Shown here piece by piece: positions 6,639-14,700 of a DNA stretch of 33,289 bases. Position 1 is the stretch's first letter. The number at the start of each line of letters is the position of its first letter. The translations under genes and the position numbers were made by a program. The notes under the pieces were generated by a model that saw only the letters and a list, made by a program, of their open reading frames with translations, ran no database searches and had not been told where the DNA came from. This stretch comes from a virus (lineage: Duplodnaviria; Caudoviricetes), in the IMG/VR virus record IMGVR_UViG_3300042431_000197, positions 1 through 33,289 of that record. One strand, written 5' to 3'.

Positions 6639-7299
6639 CTATATCGTATTTTTTTGAGTTATTATTATTTTTAGTTTGTTGGTTTAACCATCTTACAAAG
6701 TGAGTTGTAAATTCTTTTTTTTGTTGTTTAATATCTAATTTTAGATTTAAGTCATTTTTAAATATTAGTAAATTATCTTTTATTTCTTCAATATTAAATT
6801 TTGGTTGGTTTTGCATAGCACAAGTTTCTAACCAAGATTCAGAATTTATTAATTCATTAAAATATAAATCATTATTATTTGTTATATTGTTTATTGGTAT
6901 TGTTGTATCTTGTTTATTTATACTATCAATGCTTTGTATAGTGCTTTCACTTTGCTTTGTACTATGCTTTATCAATGCTTTATCAAGTGCTTTGTCAAGT
7001 GCGTTATTAAAATTTGATATAGCAACTATGTTACTTGAGTATTGATTTTTTGACCTTTCAATTATATCTATTAATCCAAAATCAACTAAATCATTCAAAG
7101 TGGTTATGTATGTATTATAACTTCTAATACCAATAGCATCCTTTACCATTGTAGTAGGTAAACCAAATTTATATTTCCAACCTAAACGATTGCAATGTTC
7201 AACTATAAAAAGATATAATGCACAATGATTAGGTTTAATTTTTTCAGGGTTTTCAAAGGCGTAATCCCAAAATGCTCGTGTTAATTTAAAGTAATCCAT
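6607..7299 (-). CDS. Phage replication initiator (winged-helix N-terminus)
   Basis: MDYFKLTRAFWD...ALYLFIVEHCNRLGW...YITTLNDLVDFGLI, a low-complexity repeat-containing linker and C-terminal HFVRWL; ATG 7299 follows leader RNA B. Confidence 0.75.
   Translation of the reverse strand: MDYFKLTRAFWDYAFENPEKIKPNHCALYLFIVEHCNRLGWKYKFGLPTTMVKDAIGIRSYNTYITTLNDLVDFGLIDIIERSKNQYSSNIVAISNFNNALDKALDKALIKHSTKQSESTIQSIDSINKQDTTIPINNITNNNDLYFNELINSESWLETCAMQNQPKFNIEEIKDNLLIFKNDLNLKLDIKQQKKEFTTHFVRWLNQQTKNNNNSKKYDIDEMRKQFPEL
6930..7005. repeat. Iteron-like repeats (candidate replication origin)
   Basis: TGCTTT at 6930, 6942, 6953, 6965, 6976, 6988 and TGCGTT at 7000; 11-12 bp period, next to an AT-rich tract. 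Confidence 0.65.
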
Positions 7300-7306
7300 A
7301 GTGAGT

Positions 7307-7393
7307 AAAAAAATTAATGCCCTACTACAAGCGGTGGAAGTCGCAAGTAATAAGGCATTTGTAATATTTTTATAAGTAGCTTCCACTCTACAT
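7307..7393 (-). ncRNA. Two-hairpin kissing-loop leader RNA, copy B
   Basis: Hairpin 1 GTAG-AGTGGAAG-CTAC (7391-7376); hairpin 2 AATGCCTTATTACTTGCG-ACTTCCAC-CGCTTGTAGTAGGGCATT (7359-7316), then a U tract. Confidence 0.75.
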
Positions 7394-7396
7394 TTG

Positions 7397-7404
7397 CAAA
7401 TATA
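7397..7404 (-). promoter_or_regulatory. Bacteroidota -7 promoter element TATATTTG
   Basis: TAnnTTTG consensus, intergenic. Confidence 0.7.
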
Positions 7405-7430
7405 ATAATTATTTCAATATAAAAAACATT

Positions 7431-7871
7431 TTAATCAAAATTTAATAAATTTTCTTCATTCGGACTTGGAATATCTATTCCTAAAAATTCCGCTGCCCAT
7501 TTTTGTATTTCTAAAATATACTCACAAAATTGTGTAGTAGTCATTTCTGAACTCGTTAAACGCTCGTTTATACATTCGCCTGTGTCAATATTAATTATTT
7601 CATTTGTTGGCGCAAATAAAGGCAAAAGTATATTATAATGAATATTATCATTACTTCTTAATTCTCCTGTTGCATCTAATAAACCTTTTTGTATTAAAGG
7701 TAAAACCAATCCCCAATAATATCGATTTTGATTGTTAGAACGATTCTTTTTAGGCTTTGAAAAAGTAATTACAACGTCTTTATCATTAAACGATTTTATG
7801 GCGTTTAAAACAAGGTTTCTGTTTCTTTTAAATATTCCGTTAACGATTGACGTTGTAATTTCAATTTTCAT
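7431..7871 (-). CDS. NinB-like protein
   Basis: RSNNQNRYYWG and TSSEMTTTQFCEYILEIQKWAAE.LGI.IP motifs. Confidence 0.7.
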   Translation of the reverse strand: MKIEITTSIVNGIFKRNRNLVLNAIKSFNDKDVVITFSKPKKNRSNNQNRYYWGLVLPLIQKGLLDATGELRSNDNIHYNILLPLFAPTNEIINIDTGECINERLTSSEMTTTQFCEYILEIQKWAAEFLGIDIPSPNEENLLNFD

Positions 7872-7874
7872 AAT

Positions 7875-8168
7875 TTAGAAAGGTAGCGAATCAGTATCTG
7901 GAATATCCTCTGCTGTTACTTCTTCAACAATTTGCTCACTTTCTTTTAGATTACCAAAGTAAAATTTATCCTCTTTTTGTGCGCCTTTGAAATTAGATTG
8001 AAACGATGCTACGTTTCCGTATTTATCCAATTCATCATTTACCCAAACTCTAACGTTTAAATAAATTTTTCCATTCTCATTTTTGGTAAATGCTTTATTA
8101 CCTGTTTTCGCTTGTTCTAACAATTTGCTAAAATCAATGCTTCCGTAAAATGAAGTTTTAACTCCCAT
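7875..8168 (-). CDS. Putative single-stranded DNA-binding protein
   Basis: Small beta-rich protein with an acidic tail ending DSLPF, adjacent to ERF. Confidence 0.6.
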   Translation of the reverse strand: MGVKTSFYGSIDFSKLLEQAKTGNKAFTKNENGKIYLNVRVWVNDELDKYGNVASFQSNFKGAQKEDKFYFGNLKESEQIVEEVTAEDIPDTDSLPF

Positions 8169-8179
8169 AATAAATAAAA

Positions 8180-8674
8180 TTAAAGATTAATAAATTCTTG
8201 TTCTTGTTGTTTTGTAGTTGTGTATTTAGTTTTAATTTGTTCCAATGAAAAGCCTCCTTGTTTTGCTTTAATTAAAATTTCTGTGGTTGCATTTGGTTTT
8301 GATTGCACTGCTTTTTGCCCATCATCATCATCTGCTCCAACGCAAACAAATGATTGTAAAGAATATCGACGTGCATAACTTATTCCGCTTCCTTGAGCTT
8401 GTGCATCATTTACTTTGTTGTAGATAATTTCTGTTAATGATTCCATTAACTCGCCTGATTCGTGAAGTAAAATAGTTTTAACAAAGTTTTTATTATCTAC
8501 GTGAACTATTGGTTGTAATACGCTTATTCCGTTGGCGTTAAGAATTGGAATAACTGCTTCTCGAATTGAGTTTAAATCAGCATATTTTGACTTAAAGAAT
8601 GGATTTGTTGAGCCTTTTTTTGGATTGCTCATTTCTGATTGTGCTTTTAATAAAGCGGTTGCAATTTGTTTCAT
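8180..8674 (-). CDS. erf: ERF-family single-strand annealing recombinase
   Basis: NPFFKSKYADL and GSGISYARRYSL...GADDDDG signature motifs. Confidence 0.9.
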   Translation of the reverse strand: MKQIATALLKAQSEMSNPKKGSTNPFFKSKYADLNSIREAVIPILNANGISVLQPIVHVDNKNFVKTILLHESGELMESLTEIIYNKVNDAQAQGSGISYARRYSLQSFVCVGADDDDGQKAVQSKPNATTEILIKAKQGGFSLEQIKTKYTTTKQQEQEFINL

Positions 8675-8717
8675 AAGATAAGATATTTAATTGTTTAAGA
8701 TTTGTAAATATAATAAT

Positions 8718-9155
8718 TTAAAACGATATAGCCAAACTCGACTTTCTCGGTGTTGTTGAAACTTTAGGCACATCGTTTCCGTAAGCATCAATTACGTCTT
8801 GTTTAAGAGCAAGTTTTAATAATTCCGCCCTTGCATCTAAGTCAGCTTTTAATTGCGTGTAAATCGCATCATCTGAATAGTTAATAGTATCGCCTCCGCT
8901 TCTAAATGTTCCTTTCAATCCAAACTCTTCAAAGTTTTCTTGTGGTATTACTTTCATTAATTCTGAATTAATAACATCTAAAGCTTCGACCATTCTTTTG
9001 GCTTGTGCTAATAATTCGTATTTATTAACTTCTCCAGCTTCTAATAAATCAGTAATAAATTTTTTACTACTTAATTGAATTTCTTTTTTGTTAGGTAAGA
9101 AATTTTGCGTTTCTATTTCCTGTTGACGCATTAATTGAAATAAATCTTTACTCAT
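8718..9155 (-). CDS. Hypothetical protein (first gene of recombination module)
   Basis: 145-aa ORF; ATG 16 nt after leader RNA C. Confidence 0.8.
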   Translation of the reverse strand: MSKDLFQLMRQQEIETQNFLPNKKEIQLSSKKFITDLLEAGEVNKYELLAQAKRMVEALDVINSELMKVIPQENFEEFGLKGTFRSGGDTINYSDDAIYTQLKADLDARAELLKLALKQDVIDAYGNDVPKVSTTPRKSSLAISF

Positions 9156-9161
9156 AATTTT

Positions 9162-9256
9162 AAAAAATAAACCTCTTTTAAAAAACTTAATCGGTCAGAA
9201 TTAAGCATTAAAAGAGGCGTTATTAATTTTGTCAAAGTTCCTGACCGAACTTTTTA
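9162..9256 (-). ncRNA. Two-hairpin kissing-loop leader RNA, copy C
   Basis: Hairpin 1 AAAGTT-CGGTCAGG-AACTTT (9253-9234); hairpin 2 CCTCTTTTAA..CTTAAT-TCTGACCG-ATTAAG..TTAAAAGAGG (9217-9172), then a U tract. Confidence 0.72.
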
Positions 9257-9262
9257 TTTATG

Positions 9263-9270
9263 CAAATATA
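9263..9270 (-). promoter_or_regulatory. Bacteroidota -7 promoter element TATATTTG
   Basis: TAnnTTTG consensus, intergenic. Confidence 0.7.
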
Positions 9271-9309
9271 AATATAATTTTATTAAGAATTATTATAAAT
9301 TATTATTTA

Positions 9310-9474
9310 TTACGTTTTTTGGTAATAACAACTAATTTTGTGAACTCCATTTTGTAAACCGCAACTTTTACATTTAGTAATTATTTTACGATAAACCTCG
9401 TTTACAGATTCTTTGTTAACGCCTCTTTTGTAGTTAAATTGAAGTATTCTTTTTATTCGTTGTAGATTTGTCAT
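9310..9474 (-). CDS. Hypothetical 54-aa protein with CxxC...HxxxC motif (not in ORF track)
   Basis: MTNLQRIKRILQFNYKRG...KCKSCGLQNGVHKISC; ATGA overlap with the upstream gene. Confidence 0.6.
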   Translation of the reverse strand: MTNLQRIKRILQFNYKRGVNKESVNEVYRKIITKCKSCGLQNGVHKISCYYQKT

Positions 9475-9686
9475 CTTTCAATTTTTTTAAGTTCTTGTTT
9501 TCTAACATAATCAATTTCTCTTTGAATATAATCTAACGCTTTTTCAAGGTCTTTTAAATGCGTTCCTTTCTTTCTGCAACGTGTAACATACTTGACTACG
9601 TTTCCTTCGTTAAAATTAAGGTTATTGTCTTTTACGAAGTCTATAACATCGTAATTATTTTCATTTGAATAGTGTAATGGTATCAT
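9471..9686 (-). CDS. DUF3310-family protein
   Basis: HY....DVIDF....LNFNEGNVVKYVTR..KKG...DLEKA pattern. Confidence 0.8.
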   Translation of the reverse strand: MIPLHYSNENNYDVIDFVKDNNLNFNEGNVVKYVTRCRKKGTHLKDLEKALDYIQREIDYVRKQELKKIER

Positions 9687-9847
9687 ATATATTCTATTTC
9701 TTTAAATGCGTTAATAATTCCTTCTTTACCATAACCAGCACAGGTTAGTAAATTTGTAATTATTTCAGCTATTTCTTGTGTTGTTAAATTGTCGTGCTCA
9801 ACTTCTGTTGTATGTGTTTGTCCGTGTGATGTTATTGTTATTTTCAT
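9683..9847 (-). CDS. Hypothetical 54-aa protein (not in ORF track)
   Basis: MKITITSHGQTHTTEVEHDNL...; ATGA overlap with DUF3310 and fills the gap. Confidence 0.6.
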   Translation of the reverse strand: MKITITSHGQTHTTEVEHDNLTTQEIAEIITNLLTCAGYGKEGIINAFKEIEYI

Positions 9848-9849
9848 AG

Positions 9850-11058
9850 TTAAAAAATATAATGGTTAATAGTTTTTTGTTTATCGTAGTAGTTCATTGT
9901 TGTAAAACTGCTTTTGGTGTTCTTAAAGTTGGTCTTTACCCAGTCAGATGGTGGACTAAATGCACCGAAATTTTGATATTCAAATGCGGTTGAGCTTGTG
10001 TAATCAAAAAGCAACTGATGACTATCACCTTTGCCAAATTCTATTTCGTAATCGTGCAATTTATATTCATCAATGTAGTTTTTTACTTTTTCAATTTGTA
10101 CCGGGTCAAGTTTAGGTTTAAATCCAAATTTTAAACTTTTGTCGTCTTTTCCGTGAGTTAAAATAAAGCATCGGTTTTTAAAAAAGTAATGGTCAATAAA
10201 TTTACGTTGATTAACTACTACTACATTATCAGGATATTTCAACTCGATGTAAGTCTTAAAAGCAGAATTAACAATATAGCCAAAACTTCCAGCGTGATTG
10301 TCATTACAAATGTTTACAATGTGTATTTTATCATAATGTTGCACCAGAAAGTCAACCATAGTAATTTTAAAAGTTAAACCTACATCAAATGCTTTTTGAT
10401 TATCCATATTTTGTGGTAATTCGTGACCGCCTCTTGTAGTCATAGCATTATATCCATCCATAAAATCTCCCAATTCGTGAAGTAGTAACACATTTGATTT
10501 TTGGTTGTTTACTATTTCATTTACAAAAATATCAAGTCTTTTAAATAGTTCGGTTTCATTCCATAAACCATCATACAAAGAATAACCATCTGTTACTTTC
10601 ATACCTATATGAACATCAGTCAAAACCGCTCTGTCAAATAAGGCCTTACTTTTTAGCTTTTTAGCTTTTACTTCAATCGGTTTAATAACGTCTTTAAAGA
10701 TGTTTAAGAAGTCAATTTCATTCTCAACATCAACTTCACTAATCGGCTTTGTAATTATCCATTGCTGACCGCTTGAAACGTTTGTTGATACTCTTATAAT
10801 TTCGTGATTTGTTGGAATATCGATTAACTCCTTTTGATTGAGTTTTTCAATCTTAGAAATAACTTCACCATTTTTATTAAGAGTTCTTTTGACTTCGGTA
10901 AATTCCTTTTGATTAAATTCTCTGATTTTATCCAGTTCATCTATTTGACTTTCGGACAAATAAAATTTAGGATTACCTTCGCTTTTATAGTCTTTTCTTA
11001 ATTCAAAACCCAAAGCAATAGCTTCGTGCGGTTTTAATCTGATTCTTTGTTTACTCAT
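9850..11058 (-). CDS. Calcineurin-like metallophosphoesterase domain protein
   Basis: DVHIG, LGDFMDG, NDNH, THG and GDSH metal-binding motifs. Confidence 0.8.
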   Translation of the reverse strand: MSKQRIRLKPHEAIALGFELRKDYKSEGNPKFYLSESQIDELDKIREFNQKEFTEVKRTLNKNGEVISKIEKLNQKELIDIPTNHEIIRVSTNVSSGQQWIITKPISEVDVENEIDFLNIFKDVIKPIEVKAKKLKSKALFDRAVLTDVHIGMKVTDGYSLYDGLWNETELFKRLDIFVNEIVNNQKSNVLLLHELGDFMDGYNAMTTRGGHELPQNMDNQKAFDVGLTFKITMVDFLVQHYDKIHIVNICNDNHAGSFGYIVNSAFKTYIELKYPDNVVVVNQRKFIDHYFFKNRCFILTHGKDDKSLKFGFKPKLDPVQIEKVKNYIDEYKLHDYEIEFGKGDSHQLLFDYTSSTAFEYQNFGAFSPPSDWVKTNFKNTKSSFTTMNYYDKQKTINHYIF

Positions 11059-11215
11059 AATTCATAATGCTTTCTCTAATGATATAAGGTTCTTTTTTGT
11101 ACTCTTCAATCGTATCTATAACAAAGTCAATTTTAGTGTTAAAATAATCAGCTATTTCGCTATATTTTGCATCTGGATTCTTTTGCCAATAATGAATTAT
11201 TTTAGTCTTTAGCAT
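11051..11215 (-). CDS. Hypothetical 54-aa HTH-like protein (not in ORF track)
   Basis: MLKTKIIHYWQKNPDAKYSEIADYFNTKIDFVIDTI...; overlaps both neighbours. Confidence 0.55.
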   Translation of the reverse strand: MLKTKIIHYWQKNPDAKYSEIADYFNTKIDFVIDTIEEYKKEPYIIRESIMNYE

Positions 11216-11552
11216 TTTTTAGGATTTTATTAGTTATTCCATTCATACTTTTAGCGTCTTTATCGTAAGCGTCAATCATATAACATATATTTTCCATATC
11301 GTAAATAGGAATTTTTGATACACGTTTTATAAAGTTTTCAAACACTTGGTAAACTTGGTCGGTGCTATCGCTTAAACTTTCAAAAAACTTATCGTAATGC
11401 TTTTCTTCAGCTTTAATTAACAAAGGTAATACTAAATTTAACTTTTGCTTTAATTCTTTGTTATAATATCCAGTGTGTTTAATAGCCTCGAGTTGATTCA
11501 AGGCTATTTGAGTACTCATTACAGATGTAGTTATTTTATCGACTTCGCGCAT
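11202..11552 (-). CDS. Hypothetical protein
   Basis: 116-aa ORF in the packed minus-strand operon. Confidence 0.7.
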   Translation of the reverse strand: MREVDKITTSVMSTQIALNQLEAIKHTGYYNKELKQKLNLVLPLLIKAEEKHYDKFFESLSDSTDQVYQVFENFIKRVSKIPIYDMENICYMIDAYDKDAKSMNGITNKILKNAKD

Positions 11553-11782
11553 AACTTTTTAATTTTTAAAAATTCGTCATAAGTTACAACTGTTTTCGAT
11601 TCGTCAAAACAACGAACATAAAATTGGTCATCACTTTTAAATTTAGTATAAAAATTTTCAGAAGGTGTTATTTGCATTGCTGCAGTGTGATTCCAATTGC
11701 TCATTCCTTTTCTAATTTCTTGAAATTCCTCTGTAGTTAATTGATTGCAATCAATTTGAATGTTTGATAAATTTAATTCCAT
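11531..11782 (-). CDS. Hypothetical protein
   Basis: 83-aa ORF with an A-rich leader. Confidence 0.7.
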   Translation of the reverse strand: MELNLSNIQIDCNQLTTEEFQEIRKGMSNWNHTAAMQITPSENFYTKFKSDDQFYVRCFDESKTVVTYDEFLKIKKLCAKSIK

Positions 11783-11798
11783 TTTATTTATTTTTTAG

Positions 11799-11996
11799 TT
11801 ATGCTGAAAAATCTTTATAATCGTTTACTTCTATTTCTGATGCGTCATCTAAAATGCTGGTTAGAATTTCTTTTGCTTTGTCTATTTCAGCTTCTAAATA
11901 TTTAACTCTATTTTCTAACGCTTCAATTCTTAAAGCTTGAAACTTTTCCAAATCTGTTGATGGTGTTTTGTCTATTGTGTATAATTCGTTTGTCAT
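11799..11996 (-). CDS. Hypothetical coiled-coil protein
   Basis: LRIEALENRVKYLEAEIDKAKEIL heptad pattern. Confidence 0.7.
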   Translation of the reverse strand: MTNELYTIDKTPSTDLEKFQALRIEALENRVKYLEAEIDKAKEILTSILDDASEIEVNDYKDFSA

Positions 11997-11997
11997 T

Positions 11998-12210
11998 TTA
12001 ATAAGTGGTTTTTAATTGTTCAATTGCTTCTTCTTCAAATTCTTCAAAACAATCTGTTAATAAATCCATTGCATCGATTCCGTTTAATTCTACTTCCCAA
12101 AAATCAAATGTTGCTGGAGAACCTGGATATTCATAAGTCTGTTGTTCCATTGGTTCATAATCATATTGAACATCAAAATCGAACCCTCTAAAATTAATTG
12201 TTGCTTTCAT
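11998..12210 (-). CDS. Hypothetical acidic early protein
   Basis: 70-aa very acidic ORF. Confidence 0.7.
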   Translation of the reverse strand: MKATINFRGFDFDVQYDYEPMEQQTYEYPGSPATFDFWEVELNGIDAMDLLTDCFEEFEEEAIEQLKTTY

Positions 12211-12460
12211 ATATCTTTTTTAATTTAAGTGAAACTTCATTAAATGCTTGTTCAAAATCTTCTTTATTGCAAACTATTGCATCTGCATTAAATGCTAATT
12301 CAACGTGTTTAAGACCTATTTCGTAATGCTCATTCATATTAGTAACGCAAATACATTTTTTTTCTGAATAAATCTTAAAGTAGTGAATACTTGTTTTGTA
12401 ATAAGCTGGTAAATTAATTTCTACTTGTTCCTGTGTTATTTTTTTAATTGTAAGTTTCAT
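12194..12460 (-). CDS. Hypothetical early protein
   Basis: 88-aa ORF with an A-rich leader. Confidence 0.7.
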   Translation of the reverse strand: MKLTIKKITQEQVEINLPAYYKTSIHYFKIYSEKKCICVTNMNEHYEIGLKHVELAFNADAIVCNKEDFEQAFNEVSLKLKKIYESNN

Positions 12461-12488
12461 TTTCTAATTGTTTAATAAATTGGTTATT

Positions 12489-12629
12489 TTATAAATTCCT
12501 ATCATAATCTTTTGCAATTTTAGTTAATAATTTTTGAACTAACTCTTTAAATGTTGTTCGTTCTTTTGCAGCTTTAATTGTTAGTGTTTCAATTGTTTTT
12601 TCGTCTAAATGAATTAATTTTGATTTCAT
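12489..12629 (-). CDS. Ribbon-helix-helix-like transcription regulator, 46 aa (not in ORF track)
   Basis: MKSKLIHLDEKTIETLTIKAAKERTTFKELVQKLLTKIA: alternating beta-strand followed by two helices, as in RHH proteins. Confidence 0.65.
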   Translation of the reverse strand: MKSKLIHLDEKTIETLTIKAAKERTTFKELVQKLLTKIAKDYDRNL

Positions 12630-12715
12630 ACTCGTGCTATTTGTGTTATAATATAAATTAAAATGATAAATGCAAATGTTAATTGCGGTTTTTTGTTTTG
12701 TAGAAAGTATTTCAT
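12626..12715 (-). CDS. 29-aa single-TM peptide (not in ORF track)
   Basis: MKYFLQNKKPQLTFAFIILIYIITQIARV; first ORF after the promoter, ATGA-coupled to the RHH gene. Confidence 0.5.
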   Translation of the reverse strand: MKYFLQNKKPQLTFAFIILIYIITQIARV

Positions 12716-12741
12716 TTTTTAATTATTTAATTATTATGGTA

Positions 12742-12749
12742 CAAATATA
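12742..12749 (-). promoter_or_regulatory. Early-region -7 promoter element TATATTTG
   Basis: TAnnTTTG consensus in the AT-rich gap between the lysis terminator and the early genes. Confidence 0.65.
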
Positions 12750-12823
12750 TAATATATTTTATATATACAATCATTTTTAATAATTATTTTAATGTAATTA
12801 TGTTATTTATATTGATTATAAAT

Positions 12824-12857
12824 AAAAAAACACATTACAAATTAATGTAATGTGTTT
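12824..12857 (-). terminator. Intrinsic terminator after lysis module
   Basis: AAACACATTACA / TGTAATGTGTTT perfect 12-bp inverted repeat followed by a T run on the minus strand. Confidence 0.75.
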
Positions 12858-12893
12858 AAAAATAAGAGATTAATGCAGTTCTACGAGATGCCT

Positions 12894-13352
12894 TTAACCT
12901 ACGTTTGTAAATTTATGTTTATATTTTCGATATAATAAGTAAATAGGAATTAATAAAATTAACCACCAATAATTTGAATTTCTTTCAGTTTCTTTTTGTT
13001 TTACTTCTATACTTGCTTTACTTTTTATTTTAATAGCGTTTTGTTGCTTTTTAGCTACTTTCTCAACTTTGTTAGTAGTTACATTGTTTTTAGTTTTTTT
13101 ACTCTTTAAACGAACGTTTTTATAAGTTTTACCATTTACAACTATTTCCTTTGTGTTATCAATTGGAATTATTTCTATTTCGTCAGTTAAAGTGCAATCG
13201 ATAACTTTTGTATTAGTATCTGTTTTAGTTTCAATTACTGAATTATCAGTTGTTACCTCTTTAGTTGTTACATCGGTTTTCGTTTGTTGAGTTTTACGAG
13301 TTCCGCAACCAACTATTAAAATACTTAATAATAAGATTAATTTATTTCTCAT
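12894..13352 (-). CDS. Lipoprotein with C-terminal TM helix, unimolecular-spanin-like
   Basis: Signal peptide and lipobox LLSILIVG-C; C-terminal WWLILLIPIYLLY followed by basic residues; downstream of the endolysin. Confidence 0.7.
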   Translation of the reverse strand: MRNKLILLLSILIVGCGTRKTQQTKTDVTTKEVTTDNSVIETKTDTNTKVIDCTLTDEIEIIPIDNTKEIVVNGKTYKNVRLKSKKTKNNVTTNKVEKVAKKQQNAIKIKSKASIEVKQKETERNSNYWWLILLIPIYLLYRKYKHKFTNVG

Positions 13353-13533
13353 AATATTCAGTTCTAAAAATTTCTATTAATTCATTTATAGTATATATCT
13401 TACCATCTTTGAAAAAAATGTAATAATCATTTTTTAATGGTGTGGTCATATCATTTAACCACTTTGTAAATTCAATAGTAAATTTATAGGTTACCATAAA
13501 ATAAATCATTAAAATAAAATTTACAAGGCACAT
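13342..13533 (-). CDS. Hypothetical protein in lysis module (true start may be downstream)
   Basis: ORF between endolysin and spanin that overlaps the spanin start. Confidence 0.5.
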   Translation of the reverse strand: MCLVNFILMIYFMVTYKFTIEFTKWLNDMTTPLKNDYYIFFKDGKIYTINELIEIFRTEYYEK

Positions 13534-13541
13534 AAATTATT

Positions 13542-13988
13542 TTATAGAAAATACAAATCGCTTTCTTTTTTTCTACGTCTTGTTAAACCATTTACTACAA
13601 CTCTATTAGCTTTATTCCAACGCATAAACTCGGTTCTAATGGTTAAATCATTTGGATTAGCATTTACTTTTTTTAGTAATGTTGAAGTTGAAAATGCTCC
13701 AGTTCCTACATTGTAAGTAAAAGAAACTAAACTATTAAATTGATTTTGTGTTAATGGCTTTTTAACCATAGATGAAACTCTTTTGGCAAACTTATCAGCT
13801 ATCTCTTTGAATATTTCAAAAGCATATTCTTTAGTTATTGCTTTGTCAAGTAATGTAACACGAACTCCATTTGGATAGTAAGTATTACCATAGCCAATAG
13901 TTGGAATTTTTGCACTGCACAAATAAGGTTTAAGCATTAAACCCTCAAACTCACAAATTAACTGATATCCGTTTTCGTCTAATTTCAT
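13542..13988 (-). CDS. Endolysin, GH24 lysozyme
   Basis: EFEGLMLKPYLCSAKIPTIGYG, QNQFNSLVSFTYNVG and GLTRRRKKE motifs. Confidence 0.93.
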   Translation of the reverse strand: MKLDENGYQLICEFEGLMLKPYLCSAKIPTIGYGNTYYPNGVRVTLLDKAITKEYAFEIFKEIADKFAKRVSSMVKKPLTQNQFNSLVSFTYNVGTGAFSTSTLLKKVNANPNDLTIRTEFMRWNKANRVVVNGLTRRRKKESDLYFL

Positions 13989-13991
13989 AAT

Positions 13992-14435
13992 CTATTCTTT
14001 AAATTCATTAATATCTTTTTTTAAATCCTTTGCTTTTGCAATTATTGATTTTATAATAAAATAAAATGATTTATTACCTAACTTTTGCGAAGTTTCATCT
14101 ATACTTTTTACTTCAATATACAACCAAAAGACAGTAACTACTTTTGATATCAATAATGGCACTCCAAATAAAGTATTATTTTCAATTATATGTTTATCAA
14201 TAAAAAATCCTAAAATAATTGAGCCAAAATAAAAGAAAGTTTTAACTACAATATTAAATAGCTTAGTACTTCTAAAACTACTCCAGCCATTTAATTTAAT
14301 ACTAATATAAATAGCGAATAAAGTATCAAATAAAACCGCTAAACCTGTTAAAATTAAAAGTCCTTTAATCGGTGTTACAAAAGTAAGCAAACAAATTAAC
14401 ATAGTTTTAAAAAAAGTAAAAAGATATAGTTTCAT
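13992..14435 (-). CDS. Holin
   Basis: Several TM segments, EVKSIDE motif and a basic C-terminus; directly upstream of the endolysin. Confidence 0.8.
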   Translation of the reverse strand: MKLYLFTFFKTMLICLLTFVTPIKGLLILTGLAVLFDTLFAIYISIKLNGWSSFRSTKLFNIVVKTFFYFGSIILGFFIDKHIIENNTLFGVPLLISKVVTVFWLYIEVKSIDETSQKLGNKSFYFIIKSIIAKAKDLKKDINEFKE

Positions 14436-14454
14436 TTTAAAAATTATTTATTTT

Positions 14455-14700
14455 TCAATACCCTGCAAAGGTATGTTTAGGATTATTTACTTCAATTTTA
14501 TTTTCAAATTCAATTTCTTGCTCACTCATTACATCATAATGATAACCATCAATAACAACCTCATCGATTGTAATTAAACCTATTTCAACAACTGCTTGTG
14601 TTCCATTGATGTAATTCCCATCTTCATCAATTACATACTTTGTAATTAAATCAGCTATTGCAGTTTCTTTGTCTGTGTATTTAAGTTTGTAAATGTTCAT
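14455..14700 (-). CDS. Small acidic protein, possible fibre-associated chaperone
   Basis: 81 aa, TAATG-coupled to the fibre gene. Confidence 0.65.
   Translation of the reverse strand: MNIYKLKYTDKETAIADLITKYVIDEDGNYINGTQAVVEIGLITIDEVVIDGYHYDVMSEQEIEFENKIEVNNPKHTFAGY

Noticed and set aside
7300-7386. N-terminal extension of the replication initiator from GTG 7386
   Set aside because: It runs through leader RNA B, which has non-coding counterparts A and C. ATG 7299 matches the spacing seen in copy C.
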